Source of the DNA: Spirochaetota bacterium | Lineage (GTDB): Bacteria; Spirochaetota; UBA4802; UBA5550 | Length of the DNA stretch: 64,000 nucleotides | Assembly (NCBI GenBank): GCA_050298055.1 | Contig: JBNKTL010000002.1 | Span: 1-64,000, forward strand | Reading direction: 5' to 3' | Shown: positions 1-10,349 of the stretch, piece after piece | How the letters are laid out: every line of letters starts with the position of its first letter | Position numbering within the stretch: the stretch's first letter is position 1 | Notes under the pieces: model-generated | What the model saw: only the letters and a program-made list of their open reading frames with translations | The model's database searches: none | What the model was told of the DNA's origin: nothing | Made by a program: the position numbers and the translations under genes

Positions 1-218
1 ATAAGATGCGGTCAACGCATGGTCAATATATTTACAACAAGAGAATAGGTAAAGAACACAATTTTCATACATTAAAACACAATGGAGCCATGGGAAGGTT
101 GTATCGAAGAGGGAAGCAAAAATGTAATATTGAGGTTTTAATATCAGCTATAGCGCATAATTTAAAGAAAATGCATAAATACCTGATAATCAACAATTTG
201 AAATTTGAAACTTTATAA
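1..218 (+). mobile_element. C-terminal fragment of an IS1182/IS5-like DDE transposase (cut by window start)
   Basis: Frame reads Y..R...EHNF..LK......RL.RRG..K...E.....IAHNLKK, the typical C-terminus of IS1182-type transposases. A plausible right end (AAAAATCGACAGAC) lies near 282-295. Confidence 0.75.
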
Positions 219-333
219 ATAGTACCCCCCAATCTTGATAATCGAGGTAGATTTATACAATAACTGTTTATTTCAATTTGTAAAAATCGACAGACAAGGG
301 GGATGGGGGGATAATATAATACAGGATAATAGT

Positions 334-2211
334 ATGGATAACCATCTGCGTGTTCTTATTGTAGATGCTGCAAACGGTTTTTATAAAATTCGAAGATACG
401 GGATAGGTGATTATTTCGGTCCCGTTGATCTGGGGATGCACCTTTCGGCAAAATACAGCAGTCTCAATATAGGGACAGGTCTTCTTGCCGGTTCCATATT
501 TCCCGGTTCCAACAGGCTTGTTTTCACCGGATACTCTCCCTGCTGGAACGGTTTCTACATATCATCCATGGGCGGGGCGGGACTTGTTTTTGACAACCTC
601 GGCATAAACATCCTCTCAATTACCGGGAAAGCCCCCACACCCTCAATCCTTGTTATGAACAGAAATCACGGTGAAGAGATTGAGATTGATATTGTTCCCG
701 TAAATGTTGACACTCTCTGGAAGGAAGGGCGCGGGGGGATATATTCCCTGATGGATTACGCATATGAGAGGTTTGGTGACAGGTATCAGGATGATCCCCG
801 GATCCTTGCCACGGGCCCCGCGTCAAAAGCAACTGATATGGGAGGGATCTGCTCGGTCCCGGTTAAAAAAGGGAAACTCAGCTTTGTTGACACCTGGGCG
901 GGAAGGGGCGGTTTCGGATCTAAACTCTACAGGGACCATGGAATCGTTTCCGTTATTTACGGCGGGACCCATATTGATGAAGACTTCAGGGACAGGAAGG
1001 TGGCTGATGAGTGGTTCAAAGACAGGTATGATAAAAAGATGGCAGCCAAGGACATTGAGGCAACCACAAAGTACAGGTACGACCCGAAGTTCAATACCGG
1101 CGGTACATTCGGGGTCAACTATGCGAAGATAGGAGGTGCTCTCCTTGCCTTTAACTACCGCTCCATGGAGTTTTCGGAAGAGGAGCGTTTACGGATACAC
1201 AGAGAGTTTATCCTGGAAAACTATCTGAAGCAGTTTAACCGGGAAACCATTGATAAGAAACAGCAGTCAACCTGCGGTGAGCCGTGCGGGGCCGTCTGTA
1301 AAAAAATGAATGATGAATTCAAAAAAGACTATGAGCCCTACCAGGCCATGGGGCCGCTCTGCGGGATATTCGACCAGAGAGCGGCTGAAGATCTGACACA
1401 TCACTGCGACATGCTCGGTTTTGACGCTATCTCTGCCGGGGGGGTCCTTTCCTGGCTTATGGAGACCCTGCATGAAGGGATTTTCGATACTGATGATCTG
1501 GGAGTATCGGGAAAACCTGTTTTCAAAACCGACAACTTCAGAATCGTTGAGGACTCCGGGAAAAACGCGAAACTGGGCAAGGAGCTTCTCGAATCGATCA
1601 TAAAATGTGACAGCATCCTCGACCTCAGCAGGGGGGTCCGTTATTTTATTAAAAATATTTTACCGGAAAATAAAAAAGAGGCCGCTGAATATTTTATCTA
1701 TACCGCATCGGGAAGAGACGGATGGATGGTCCCCAATCAGTACTGGACACCCGGGGTCCTCTCCCCAATGCCCCTAATGGGGAAATATTACATGCACTAT
1801 GGGTCCGATTTCCTTCCTCCCCGTGAACTGGGGAGAAAAAACGCGGAAAGACTGATACAGGAACTTATTCTGGATAATACGGGAATCTGCAGGTTTCACA
1901 GGCAGTGGGCGGAGGAGATGATCCCTGATATCATCGGTTCCCTGTATGAGAAAAAGGAGGAGTTTCTTGAATCAATAAGAAAAACCGCGTACAGGATTGC
2001 CAGCTCAAATAAATCGGTTTTCTGGGAAACAAGAAAAAATATCGATTTCATCCATGCTTTTCTCAAAAGAAAAAGAGATGTGGACGGAGATACCGGTCCT
2101 GAACTGGAGAGGTGGATAAATCTCTTCGAATGCAACAGGAGAGAAGCTGCCATTGATTTCTGGTACGAGATACATAAGGGAATTCTCGAAACTCTCATAG
2201 AAGGTAAATAG
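334..2211 (+). CDS. Aldehyde ferredoxin oxidoreductase family (W/Mo-pterin) protein
   Basis: Motifs SSMGGAG, WAGRGGFGS, TCGEPCGAVCKK, DYEPY, CDMLGFDAISAG and GICRFHR. ATG 334 is preferred because the upstream in-frame region overlaps the IS end. Confidence 0.85.
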   Translation: MDNHLRVLIVDAANGFYKIRRYGIGDYFGPVDLGMHLSAKYSSLNIGTGLLAGSIFPGSNRLVFTGYSPCWNGFYISSMGGAGLVFDNLGINILSITGKAPTPSILVMNRNHGEEIEIDIVPVNVDTLWKEGRGGIYSLMDYAYERFGDRYQDDPRILATGPASKATDMGGICSVPVKKGKLSFVDTWAGRGGFGSKLYRDHGIVSVIYGGTHIDEDFRDRKVADEWFKDRYDKKMAAKDIEATTKYRYDPKFNTGGTFGVNYAKIGGALLAFNYRSMEFSEEERLRIHREFILENYLKQFNRETIDKKQQSTCGEPCGAVCKKMNDEFKKDYEPYQAMGPLCGIFDQRAAEDLTHHCDMLGFDAISAGGVLSWLMETLHEGIFDTDDLGVSGKPVFKTDNFRIVEDSGKNAKLGKELLESIIKCDSILDLSRGVRYFIKNILPENKKEAAEYFIYTASGRDGWMVPNQYWTPGVLSPMPLMGKYYMHYGSDFLPPRELGRKNAERLIQELILDNTGICRFHRQWAEEMIPDIIGSLYEKKEEFLESIRKTAYRIASSNKSVFWETRKNIDFIHAFLKRKRDVDGDTGPELERWINLFECNRREAAIDFWYEIHKGILETLIEGK

Positions 2212-2571
2212 ATGAAAAGTAACCGGTTAAGTCTTTTTATTATTTCTTTCTTCCTTCCGATCATGCTGATCCTTTGCAGTACTGTTCAGGAGAAAGAGGG
2301 AGAAAGAACAAGAGAGCTGTATATGGAAAATCCCGCATCAGCAAAGTGTCTCAGGGACGGGGGGCGGCTGGAGCTGGTCCCGTCAAAAAAGGGTGAATAT
2401 GGCGTCTGTTTTTTCAGCGACGGAAGTGTCTGTGAGGAGTGGGAGTATTTTAAGGGCAGATGTTCCCGGGGGGATTGCATGAAAAAGTGTATGAAACCGG
2501 GGAGTGGAGCTGAGGGCTGGTATGACTGCTCCGGTGTCCTTATAAAAAAAGAAAAATGCAGTAAGAACTGA
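2212..2571 (+). CDS. DUF333-domain exported protein
   Basis: Signal peptide followed by NPASAKC...GG......GVC.FSDGSVCEEW.YF.G.C (DUF333 pattern). Abuts the AOR stop codon. Confidence 0.75.
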   Translation: MKSNRLSLFIISFFLPIMLILCSTVQEKEGERTRELYMENPASAKCLRDGGRLELVPSKKGEYGVCFFSDGSVCEEWEYFKGRCSRGDCMKKCMKPGSGAEGWYDCSGVLIKKEKCSKN

Positions 2572-2667
2572 AGATGCAAAGAGAATTTACTGTAAAATAT
2601 TGTTGACATAAGGAAAAACATCTCATTAAAATCACCTGTTTTTTATTGATACAAGAGGAGAATAAAC

Positions 2668-4590
2668 GTGATTTTGACCACAAAATTTCATAAAAATTTA
2701 ATGTATATACTACTTACTGTATATGTGGCAACACTTGCTTCATGCCAGTCCTCACAGGTTAAAGGTTCCGGACGCGGCAGTATGGATCCGTTTCCCGGGG
2801 AGATACTGAACCACAAGGTTTTCCGGGTGTTCAGAAATGAGAACAGGCTCGGGTATACCTTCAGGAACGAGAGAAAACAGCTCTTTGGAGACCAGTTCTG
2901 GGATGGACAGGAGGCCACCACCAGGGGTGAAGACAAAGTCATATCTTACAGTGTTGCCCAGTCGGCCGCATTAAGTACGCGTTTCCCGGCTATTGGTGCT
3001 GTTAATCTCAGTGGGGGGGTGGAAAATGTCAGCGGTTTCAGGGTAATATTGAAGGGACTAAAAATTCATGAATTAAAGCGTCCCTTTGTTGTACCTGAAT
3101 ATAAAAATGAACCGGAAGTTAAGACCACTGAATATATCATCTCCATGCTCTCAGCTGATAAGATCGTTATCCAGGTCTTTGATAAAAAGGGTACAACCAT
3201 AGGGGGCGGGGTTTCATTTATCTTTACCGGAGATGTCAAGTTCTCAAGTCAGCAGAGCGGTGCTGTTGCTGCTGAGAACGTTTTTCTCGGCTATATAATG
3301 ACTAAACCAACACGGAGGGATCTTGCCCGAAAGGCAGATGCAGGCATATTGCATAAAAAGGGAACGGATATTATCAAGCTTGCCGTATTTCACCCGGATG
3401 ACAGGACCAGGGATTTAAACCTGAGATGGCTTTCTGAAAGTCTCCAGAACAAGCTTGAAGAAGCTTTTCAGAGGCTCCCCCAGTTCTATGTTGTAACCTC
3501 AAGAAAAGAGGATGCCCGGTATAAGCTCAAGGGAGTCATCAGGAAGATCGGCCGAAACGCGGAAATTAAACTCTCACTCTACGATAGTCATAAGCACATT
3601 CAGCTCCAGGTACACTCTGAACTTGTAAGGGCCAACAATATTGACCAGTTGTATCGGTATCAGCTTACGGTTGTTAAAAAGTTCGTTGAACCCCTTGGCG
3701 TAAGCATAAACAAAAAGCAGACCGAGAATATAAAGAAAGCGGTTGATGCCGGTTCAAATATCGACCTGGTAAAACTTGTCAGGAAGGGCTGGAGAGCTTA
3801 TAACTCCCAGAGATACAGAGAAGCGGAGAGTATCGGCAGCCAGGTTTATGAGCAGGACAGGAACTATATTGACGGCCTTAACCTTCTGGCACGGACAAAG
3901 CAGAAACTGGGAAAGTATGATGAAGGCATCGATTATGCACGCCAGATGGGTGCTGTTGCCAGCAGGAAGAATGACCAGATATGGCTTGCTAAATCGTACA
4001 ACAGAATAGGAAACATCTACAGGTTTAAACGCCAGTATGCCAATGCAATAACAAACTTGAAAGAAGCGGTAAAAATCAGGAAGAAAGAACTTGGACCCGG
4101 CCATAAAAGCACTATCTATGCAAACCAGGGACTGGCCCTTGCTTACAGCGGCTCAAAGAAGTCCTGGGAGACCCGGGAAGCGATAAGGATATACCTTGAT
4201 AGCGTGAATAAGCTCAAGAAGATCCTGGGATCCGAACATAGATCCATCGGCACAACATACCTGAGTATCGGTGCAGTCTATTCACGGGCAAAAAACTATG
4301 AGTCTTCTCTCGACTACCTCTTCAGGGCACTTGCGATCCAGAAGAAAAAACTGAAAAAGAACCATCCCGATATTGCAAACTCATACAGATGGATCGGTAC
4401 ATCATACTACTATATGAAAAATTACAGGTCTGCAGAGAGGTATTACCTTGACGCAAAAAATATTTACGAAAGACTATTCGGAAACAGTCATCCCGACACC
4501 CAGGGAACATACGGCTGGCTTGTAAGCATCTACAAAAAGCTGGGCAATACTGAAAAGGAACAGTATTACAGAAGGATGAAAAACAGATAG
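2668..4590 (+). CDS. Lipoprotein: beta-rich N-domain, TolB-N/FlgO-like domain and kinesin-light-chain-type TPR repeats
   Basis: Lipobox TLASC (Cys26). About 42-aa TPR repeats (LGPGHKST, LGSEHRSI, KNHPDIA, FGNSHPDT). SD AGAGGAG before the GTG start. Confidence 0.75.
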   Translation: MILTTKFHKNLMYILLTVYVATLASCQSSQVKGSGRGSMDPFPGEILNHKVFRVFRNENRLGYTFRNERKQLFGDQFWDGQEATTRGEDKVISYSVAQSAALSTRFPAIGAVNLSGGVENVSGFRVILKGLKIHELKRPFVVPEYKNEPEVKTTEYIISMLSADKIVIQVFDKKGTTIGGGVSFIFTGDVKFSSQQSGAVAAENVFLGYIMTKPTRRDLARKADAGILHKKGTDIIKLAVFHPDDRTRDLNLRWLSESLQNKLEEAFQRLPQFYVVTSRKEDARYKLKGVIRKIGRNAEIKLSLYDSHKHIQLQVHSELVRANNIDQLYRYQLTVVKKFVEPLGVSINKKQTENIKKAVDAGSNIDLVKLVRKGWRAYNSQRYREAESIGSQVYEQDRNYIDGLNLLARTKQKLGKYDEGIDYARQMGAVASRKNDQIWLAKSYNRIGNIYRFKRQYANAITNLKEAVKIRKKELGPGHKSTIYANQGLALAYSGSKKSWETREAIRIYLDSVNKLKKILGSEHRSIGTTYLSIGAVYSRAKNYESSLDYLFRALAIQKKKLKKNHPDIANSYRWIGTSYYYMKNYRSAERYYLDAKNIYERLFGNSHPDTQGTYGWLVSIYKKLGNTEKEQYYRRMKNR

Positions 4591-4626
4591 GTTTTCTGTT
4601 TCTATTATATATTTTTGGAGGACAGG

Positions 4627-4839
4627 ATGAATATTAATAAAGCCGTAGATAAGGCTTACGAAGGAAAAAGTCTTAAAGAGATTGTTGACTCACCCGTAGA
4701 CGCGCTTCAGGGTCTCAGTGAAGGTGATGCAAAGCTTCTTCTTGAAGCATTTAACGTCAAAACAGTTGGTGATCTCGCCAATTTAAAATATGTAAAGTGG
4801 GCACAGGCGATTGTTAATCTCGCGGATACGGAAGAGTAG
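4627..4839 (+). CDS. Small conserved hypothetical protein (HhH-like)
   Basis: SD GGAGG; sequence DKAYEGKSL.EI..SPV.ALQGLS....L..AF.VKTV.DLA. Confidence 0.75.
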   Translation: MNINKAVDKAYEGKSLKEIVDSPVDALQGLSEGDAKLLLEAFNVKTVGDLANLKYVKWAQAIVNLADTEE

Positions 4840-4864
4840 CCTGACACTCGTTGGAATTTATCAG

Positions 4865-4903
4865 AGAAATATCCCCATTGCAAATAGCTGCGGGGATATT
4901 TCT
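4865..4903. terminator. Probable bidirectional terminator
   Basis: AGAAATATCCCC...GGGGATATTTCT 12-bp inverted repeat between convergent genes. Confidence 0.6.
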
Positions 4904-5483
4904 ATTTTGTAACCTTGTTCTCCTCTTTTTTTTCAGTTTTTTCTTTCTTTTCTTCAGGATTTAAGTAACCCACATAACGTCCATTTTCCCAGTATCCCTG
5001 CTTGTATAACTTTTTTTTATAATAGTGTTTTCCATAACCATGCTTTTTATCATCTTTCCAGTTCCCCTCAAACCTGTCCCCGCTGGCATAATAGTAAATC
5101 CCTTTTCCATTCTTTTTCCCGTTCACGAAAAAACCCTCATACCTGCTTCCATTTTCAAAGTAAAAGATACCCTTTCCATTCATTACTCCATTGCGGAATT
5201 CGCCGGTGTATCTGGATTTCCCGATAAAATAGTAAGTACCTTTACCGTTAATTTTCCCTCTCCTGAAGCTTCCTTTGTACTTTTCACCGTTTTTAAAAAA
5301 ATATGTTCCCTGTCCGTGAATTTTATCATTGAGAAATCTCCCCGCATACCTGTCGCCATTGGGATACCTGTATACCCCAAAACCATTTTCGCAGTTACCC
5401 TTAATGCATTTTCCGGATACATCATTTGCATAAGTCAAGAACAGGATCATGATTGTCGGAACTATTAAAGGCTTCATAATCAC
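4902..5483 (-). CDS. MORN-repeat exported protein
   Basis: Signal peptide, CIKGNCENGFG, then repeated YxGxFxNGxxxGxG units. Confidence 0.9.
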   Translation of the reverse strand: MIMKPLIVPTIMILFLTYANDVSGKCIKGNCENGFGVYRYPNGDRYAGRFLNDKIHGQGTYFFKNGEKYKGSFRRGKINGKGTYYFIGKSRYTGEFRNGVMNGKGIFYFENGSRYEGFFVNGKKNGKGIYYYASGDRFEGNWKDDKKHGYGKHYYKKKLYKQGYWENGRYVGYLNPEEKKEKTEKKEENKVTK

Positions 5484-5487
5484 CTCG

Positions 5488-6078
5488 TTATTGATTTTTT
5501 ATTTTATCAAGCAGGTCTTCTTTTGTCCTTTCAAAGTCCTTTTCGGTAATTGCACCGCTCTCTTTTAGTGCTTTTAGTTTTTCAATGGTGCTGAAAATAT
5601 CCTCGGTCTTCTGTTTCTTTTTCAGGTCTTTTGTTATTTTCTTTCCTTTCTCCATGAACCGGTTGTATTTTTTCTTCATTGTATCCATATCGAAATCAAT
5701 AAGTGATTTTTTCTCGGAAAAATGTGAATCAAAGACCTTTCCGAGAGCATAGGTCGATGCTCCTGCAAGGATTACCTGTGATGAAATCCCCAGCAGGGTC
5801 CCCACACCGGGTATGGATTTTGCCGCTGAAGCGCCGATTTTGGCAAGTGAAGTCCCTACAAGGGATGATGCAAGTGTTTTCCCCTTGTTCCTGTCATAAT
5901 CGGCACCATGAAAATCTGCGATCTGCTTTATCAAATCAATCTGAATTGCGGTAATAGCAACAAAGTCTACCAGTGGCACGGGAATTGCACCGGCAGTCAT
6001 GCTGAAAACAATATGTGAAGTAATGATATCATCAACGTCTTTCTTTTTTTCAGGATTTTCTGATTTTTTATCGGCCAT
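5488..6078 (-). CDS. YcjF/DUF697-family protein with C-terminal SHOCT domain
   Basis: AGAIPVP.VD..AI...Q..LI, then STYALG.VF; C-terminal IEKLKALKESGAITEKDFE..K..LL. Confidence 0.8.
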   Translation of the reverse strand: MADKKSENPEKKKDVDDIITSHIVFSMTAGAIPVPLVDFVAITAIQIDLIKQIADFHGADYDRNKGKTLASSLVGTSLAKIGASAAKSIPGVGTLLGISSQVILAGASTYALGKVFDSHFSEKKSLIDFDMDTMKKKYNRFMEKGKKITKDLKKKQKTEDIFSTIEKLKALKESGAITEKDFERTKEDLLDKIKNQ

Positions 6079-6159
6079 TGTTTCACTCTCCTCGTTTTTT
6101 ACTCAACCAATCCTCTTCTTTAAAAATAATACAATTATTCATCGAGTGTATAAATATTC

Positions 6160-6310
6160 GTAAATACTCAGCAAAATAACTATAATAAACCAGGTTAATA
6201 AAATATCAACAATATATCCCTGCCGCCGAAGACGGCGAAGATATATAAGAAGATATATAAGCTATCTTTTCATTGTTATATATGTTTTAACCATATAGCT
6301 GAGTAGTTAC
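6160..6310. mobile_element. IS66-like MITE copy
   Basis: Ends GTAAATACTCAGC / GCTGAGTAGTTAC with a degenerate central GCCG hairpin. Confidence 0.75.
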
Positions 6311-6553
6311 TAACTTTTTTTAAATCATATTTATCTGTTTAAACATGTAAAGTAAAAGATACAACTTTTTTCAAATAGATCGTATAAATTTGTTAAATAA
6401 TGTTAAATTATGAAAATTTTTATCTTAAATCTATTAAAAAATTTCAAAACTTATACACTTTTTATGAGATTTATTATATATTATTAAATATATATCAGCT
6501 ATACCACTGGTTGGTTAAAAAAAATCAAATAGATCATAAGATGTAATGTTAAT

Positions 6554-8089
6554 ATGAAAAGAAATAAAAATCTCTTTAATAAATACTTCCGGACAAAAAT
6601 ATTTTCTATCCCGACTCTCCTTATTTTGATTATCATCTTCACCGGATGCGAAAGGATGGATAATCCTTTCAGTAGCGGTGAAGCGACAGGTTATGTTGTT
6701 GTTACCGGCGGCCCCCTTTCAGTTGATGAATCGGGAACCAGTGATTCCTTTACGGTGGTACTGGAATCACAGCCCGATTCAACCGTAAAGATCTGCCTCA
6801 ACAGCAGCGATACCGGCGAAGCTGTCATTCCTGTTGCCGGTGATGTCCTGGGGGCCGATGCCGACTGTTCCAGTGCCAGGATTGAGTTTGACGCCACGGA
6901 CTGGAATATTCCCAAAACGGTTACTGTGGCCGGAGTGGACGATCTCAATTCTGACGGGGACAGCAGTTTTACTATCATACTGCAAAATACAATCAGTTCA
7001 GGTTCAAATTACGTTGGAGTCAAACCTTCTAATATAACGGGAACAACAACTGACAATGAGAGTGCCGCGGGTATCAACATGGTACCCGCCAGCGGACTTA
7101 TCGTTGAGGAAACCGGTATTTCCGCTAGTATCACGGTGAGCCTGAATTCACAGCCGGAAAACAGCGTGAAGATCTGCCTGGAGAGCGATACACCCACGGA
7201 AGCCGCTGTTGTTATCGGTGGAGACGTCCAGGGTCCCGATGGGGACTGTCCCGTGGCAAGTATCCGGTTCGGGATTGCCGACTGGAATACTCTAAAGTCT
7301 ATTATTGTACGGGGGGTTGGCGACGGTATTTCTGATATGAATGGGAACTTCAGCATTATTACCACAAATGTGTCCACTGATCCTGTTTATTCCCTCATTG
7401 ATCCCGTAGACCCCGCGGGGACAAATTATAACAGCAACCTTGCTTATACATGGGCACCCCCAACCGTGTCCGGTTTTACTTCTATTGGGGGCTTCGGTGG
7501 TATTAATGTATGGACAACAGATGAGTCAAACACAGACGCATATATAGCCATAGGATTTCCTTTTAATTATGAGGGGACAGCGTATAACTCGGTATTTGTA
7601 ACAACTGAAGGGACTGCCATTCTCAGTAATAATCTGCCATCAACTTCGCCGACGAACTCGCTCAGCTCCAATAATCAGGACCTCTATACGGCGGGGACCT
7701 ATCCCGATATTCTCCTTGCTCCCTGGTGGGATGATCAACAGCTGAATTACACGATGTCGCCTTATGGTGCGGTACAATATCTTATAACCGGGACGAGCCC
7801 AAACCGGGTCTTTACGATTGAGTGGAACAATGTGAACGTCAACGGTGATCCGTCAACATACTTTACATACCAGGTAAAACTCTATGAAGGGACAGATGTC
7901 ATAGAATTTATTTATGATATGGCAACATTCGGTACAATCAACTCTAGCGCGAGCATTGGGATCAAAGGGATCGCTTCCATGACTCCCCGTTATATTGACG
8001 GCCTCTCGGGCTCTTCAAGAACGCCGGGGAATTCAAACCTTACAATAGTTGATTTTCCGGCGGGAAGAATCATTCGATTTACACCGTAA
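6554..8089 (+). CDS. Surface lipoprotein with two Calx-beta/cadherin-like repeats and a NIDO-like C-terminal domain
   Basis: Lipobox FTGC. Two ~120-aa repeats (V.E.G.S....V.L.SQP...VKICL.S....EA...DWN....V.GV.D). C-terminal IGFPFNYEG..LAPWWDD..FTYQVKLYE. Confidence 0.7.
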   Translation: MKRNKNLFNKYFRTKIFSIPTLLILIIIFTGCERMDNPFSSGEATGYVVVTGGPLSVDESGTSDSFTVVLESQPDSTVKICLNSSDTGEAVIPVAGDVLGADADCSSARIEFDATDWNIPKTVTVAGVDDLNSDGDSSFTIILQNTISSGSNYVGVKPSNITGTTTDNESAAGINMVPASGLIVEETGISASITVSLNSQPENSVKICLESDTPTEAAVVIGGDVQGPDGDCPVASIRFGIADWNTLKSIIVRGVGDGISDMNGNFSIITTNVSTDPVYSLIDPVDPAGTNYNSNLAYTWAPPTVSGFTSIGGFGGINVWTTDESNTDAYIAIGFPFNYEGTAYNSVFVTTEGTAILSNNLPSTSPTNSLSSNNQDLYTAGTYPDILLAPWWDDQQLNYTMSPYGAVQYLITGTSPNRVFTIEWNNVNVNGDPSTYFTYQVKLYEGTDVIEFIYDMATFGTINSSASIGIKGIASMTPRYIDGLSGSSRTPGNSNLTIVDFPAGRIIRFTP

Positions 8090-8113
8090 TATCCGGCTCC
8101 CTCTTTATTATGA

Positions 8114-10177
8114 TTAATCGTTTTTGATCAATGCAAGAAATTCATTTTCACGAATGATCTCAACTCCCAGCTTCTCCGCCTTTTCAAGCTTGCTTCCGGG
8201 GCTTTCTCCCGTAAGGAGACGGGTGGTCTTCGATGTTACCGATGAAGTAACTTTACCGCCTCTTTGCTTTATCTCATCCGCGGCTTTTTCCCGGGGCTTG
8301 AAGTTAGTGAAGCTCCCGGTAACACACCATGTTTCACCTGAAAAGATCCCGGAATCCTTATTTTCCTCTCCGGGACCGGAAGATTCTGAAACAAAGTTGA
8401 GCCCCTGCTCCCCCAGTTTCTCTATTCTCTGAATGACATCCGGATTTAAAAGTTCACTGATAATGGTTTCCGCTGTCTTCTCCCCTATACCGTGGATGGA
8501 GAGGAGGGGAGTGGGATCTCCTTTTTCCGCCAGTTCAAAAAGAGAGTCTATGTCCCTGTAGCCCGCGTCAACAAGGAGTTCAATGACCTTCTGTCCGATC
8601 TCCGGTATCCCTATGGACTGGAGGACTGTTTCAAAGGGCTGGTTTTTGCTCTTTTCAATTCCTTCCTTTATCAGCTTGATCTTCCTTTCTCCAAAACCGG
8701 GAATTCCTTCAAGTTCACCTGTGTCGAAGCTGTAGATGTCCTGAATGTCATGAACCAGCTTTTTTTCTATGAGGAGGTTAAGTGTCTCGGGACCCAGGTT
8801 CTCGATGTCCATGTTGTTCCGGGAGGCGAAGAAGTGGATCCTGCCCCTCACCTGGTCGGGACAGCTGCTGTTTTTGCAGAAGTGGTGGGCTCCTTCCTTC
8901 TCAATGGGACTCCCGCATGACGGGCAGGTTCCGGGGAAGGTGAAGGTCCTGTTCCCCAGTTCGTTGGGTTCAATGACCCTTTCAACAGCGGGGATGATCT
9001 CACCCCTTTTTGAGACCGCCACAGTGTCCCCCTCGGCAACTTCCAGCATATCAATATACTCCTGGTTGTGAAGGGTGACATTTGATACCGTGGAACCGGC
9101 AATCTCAATAGGCTGCACCCGGGCCACCGGGGTTATGCGGCCGGTCCGTCCGACCTGGAGGTCGATCTTCCTGATCACCGTTATCCCTTCGGGGGAATCG
9201 AACTTGAAAGCCATGGCCCACCGGGGATGGTGGCCGGTATAGCCAAGATCGTCCCGTGCTCCAATCTCATTTACCTTGAGGACAAGCCCGTCGATCTCGT
9301 AATCGAGGTCTTTCCGGTTTGCCTCTTCGCTCCTGATGACCTTCTCAATATTTTCCGTAGCGCCCCTGTTCCACTCATGGTGCTTCCGGATAATCTCCCT
9401 GTGGAGGCTTTCGTCATCGGAGAAGTAGTGGATATTGGGGTTGAGCTTGAAGTTGAGCTCTTTAAGACGGTGCATTATCTCAATATGGGAGCCGCGCTCA
9501 TCCTGAAAAAATCCTTCGTAGACAAATATATCCAGGGGTACTTCGGCGACCTTTGAGCTCTTTACCCGTCTCAGGGTCCCCGAAGCCAGGTTCCGGGGAT
9601 TGGCGTAGGGGACCTCCATTCGTGAATTGATCTCACGAAAAAATCCTTTGGGAAGAAAGACCTCACTTCTCACGGCAACTGTCACCGGCTCCGAAAGTTT
9701 CAGGGGAACAGATTTAATGGTCTTAATGTTCCCGGTAATATCGTTTCCCACGTAGCCGTTTCCCCTGGTCACCGCCCGTTTCAGGAGGCCCTCCTGGTAG
9801 TAGAGGACCACCGATGCCCCGTCTATCTTCTCCTCGAGAACATAAGAGAGTTCTTTCCCGGCGGCGGCATTTGTCTTTTTTATCCAGGAATAGATATCTT
9901 CAACGGTATAGGACTTGTCGAGACTGAGGACCGGGATGCTGTGTTCCGCCTCGGGAAGGTCCTGGGAAAGGTCGGACCCCACTCTTTGTGTGGGTGAGTC
10001 GGGCAGTACCAGGCCGGGATGTTCTTCCTCCAGTCTCACAAGTTCATCATAGAGCCGGTCATACTCGCGGTCACTCTGTGAAGGGGCGGAGAGGACATAG
10101 TATTCGTACTGCAGTTTGTTGAGGATGTCGGTAAGTTCTTTTATCCGGTCTGTTGGATTTTTCTGATTTTCGGTCAT
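8114..10177 (-). CDS. ligA: NAD-dependent DNA ligase
   Basis: EKIDG adenylation motif, TRGNG, NPRN, QVGRTG, Zn finger CPSC..C...C, C-terminal BRCT domain. Confidence 0.97.
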   Translation of the reverse strand: MTENQKNPTDRIKELTDILNKLQYEYYVLSAPSQSDREYDRLYDELVRLEEEHPGLVLPDSPTQRVGSDLSQDLPEAEHSIPVLSLDKSYTVEDIYSWIKKTNAAAGKELSYVLEEKIDGASVVLYYQEGLLKRAVTRGNGYVGNDITGNIKTIKSVPLKLSEPVTVAVRSEVFLPKGFFREINSRMEVPYANPRNLASGTLRRVKSSKVAEVPLDIFVYEGFFQDERGSHIEIMHRLKELNFKLNPNIHYFSDDESLHREIIRKHHEWNRGATENIEKVIRSEEANRKDLDYEIDGLVLKVNEIGARDDLGYTGHHPRWAMAFKFDSPEGITVIRKIDLQVGRTGRITPVARVQPIEIAGSTVSNVTLHNQEYIDMLEVAEGDTVAVSKRGEIIPAVERVIEPNELGNRTFTFPGTCPSCGSPIEKEGAHHFCKNSSCPDQVRGRIHFFASRNNMDIENLGPETLNLLIEKKLVHDIQDIYSFDTGELEGIPGFGERKIKLIKEGIEKSKNQPFETVLQSIGIPEIGQKVIELLVDAGYRDIDSLFELAEKGDPTPLLSIHGIGEKTAETIISELLNPDVIQRIEKLGEQGLNFVSESSGPGEENKDSGIFSGETWCVTGSFTNFKPREKAADEIKQRGGKVTSSVTSKTTRLLTGESPGSKLEKAEKLGVEIIRENEFLALIKND

Positions 10178-10349
10178 TAATAAATTTTCCTTTCATTTTC
10201 ATTAGTATTAACATAAATATCTCTCTATGGAGATACTATAGATAAATACGGATAAACATAGATTAATATAGTTATCGGTTACAAGTAGTTATAATAAAAA
10301 ATTTCTTAAACACGAAACCCGGAACATGGAACTCGAAACATCTTCACCA

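Noticed and set aside
235..333. Longer N-termini from the ORF track (also 16245, 34458, 35774, 38519, 44346, 49723, 55211, 61342)
   Set aside because: The extensions overlap repeats or neighbouring genes; downstream ATGs have better SD sites or family-typical starts.
10200..10292. Very degenerate MITE copy upstream of ligA
   Set aside because: Only AGTAGTTAT and a tiny hairpin remain, which cannot be distinguished from AT-rich background.
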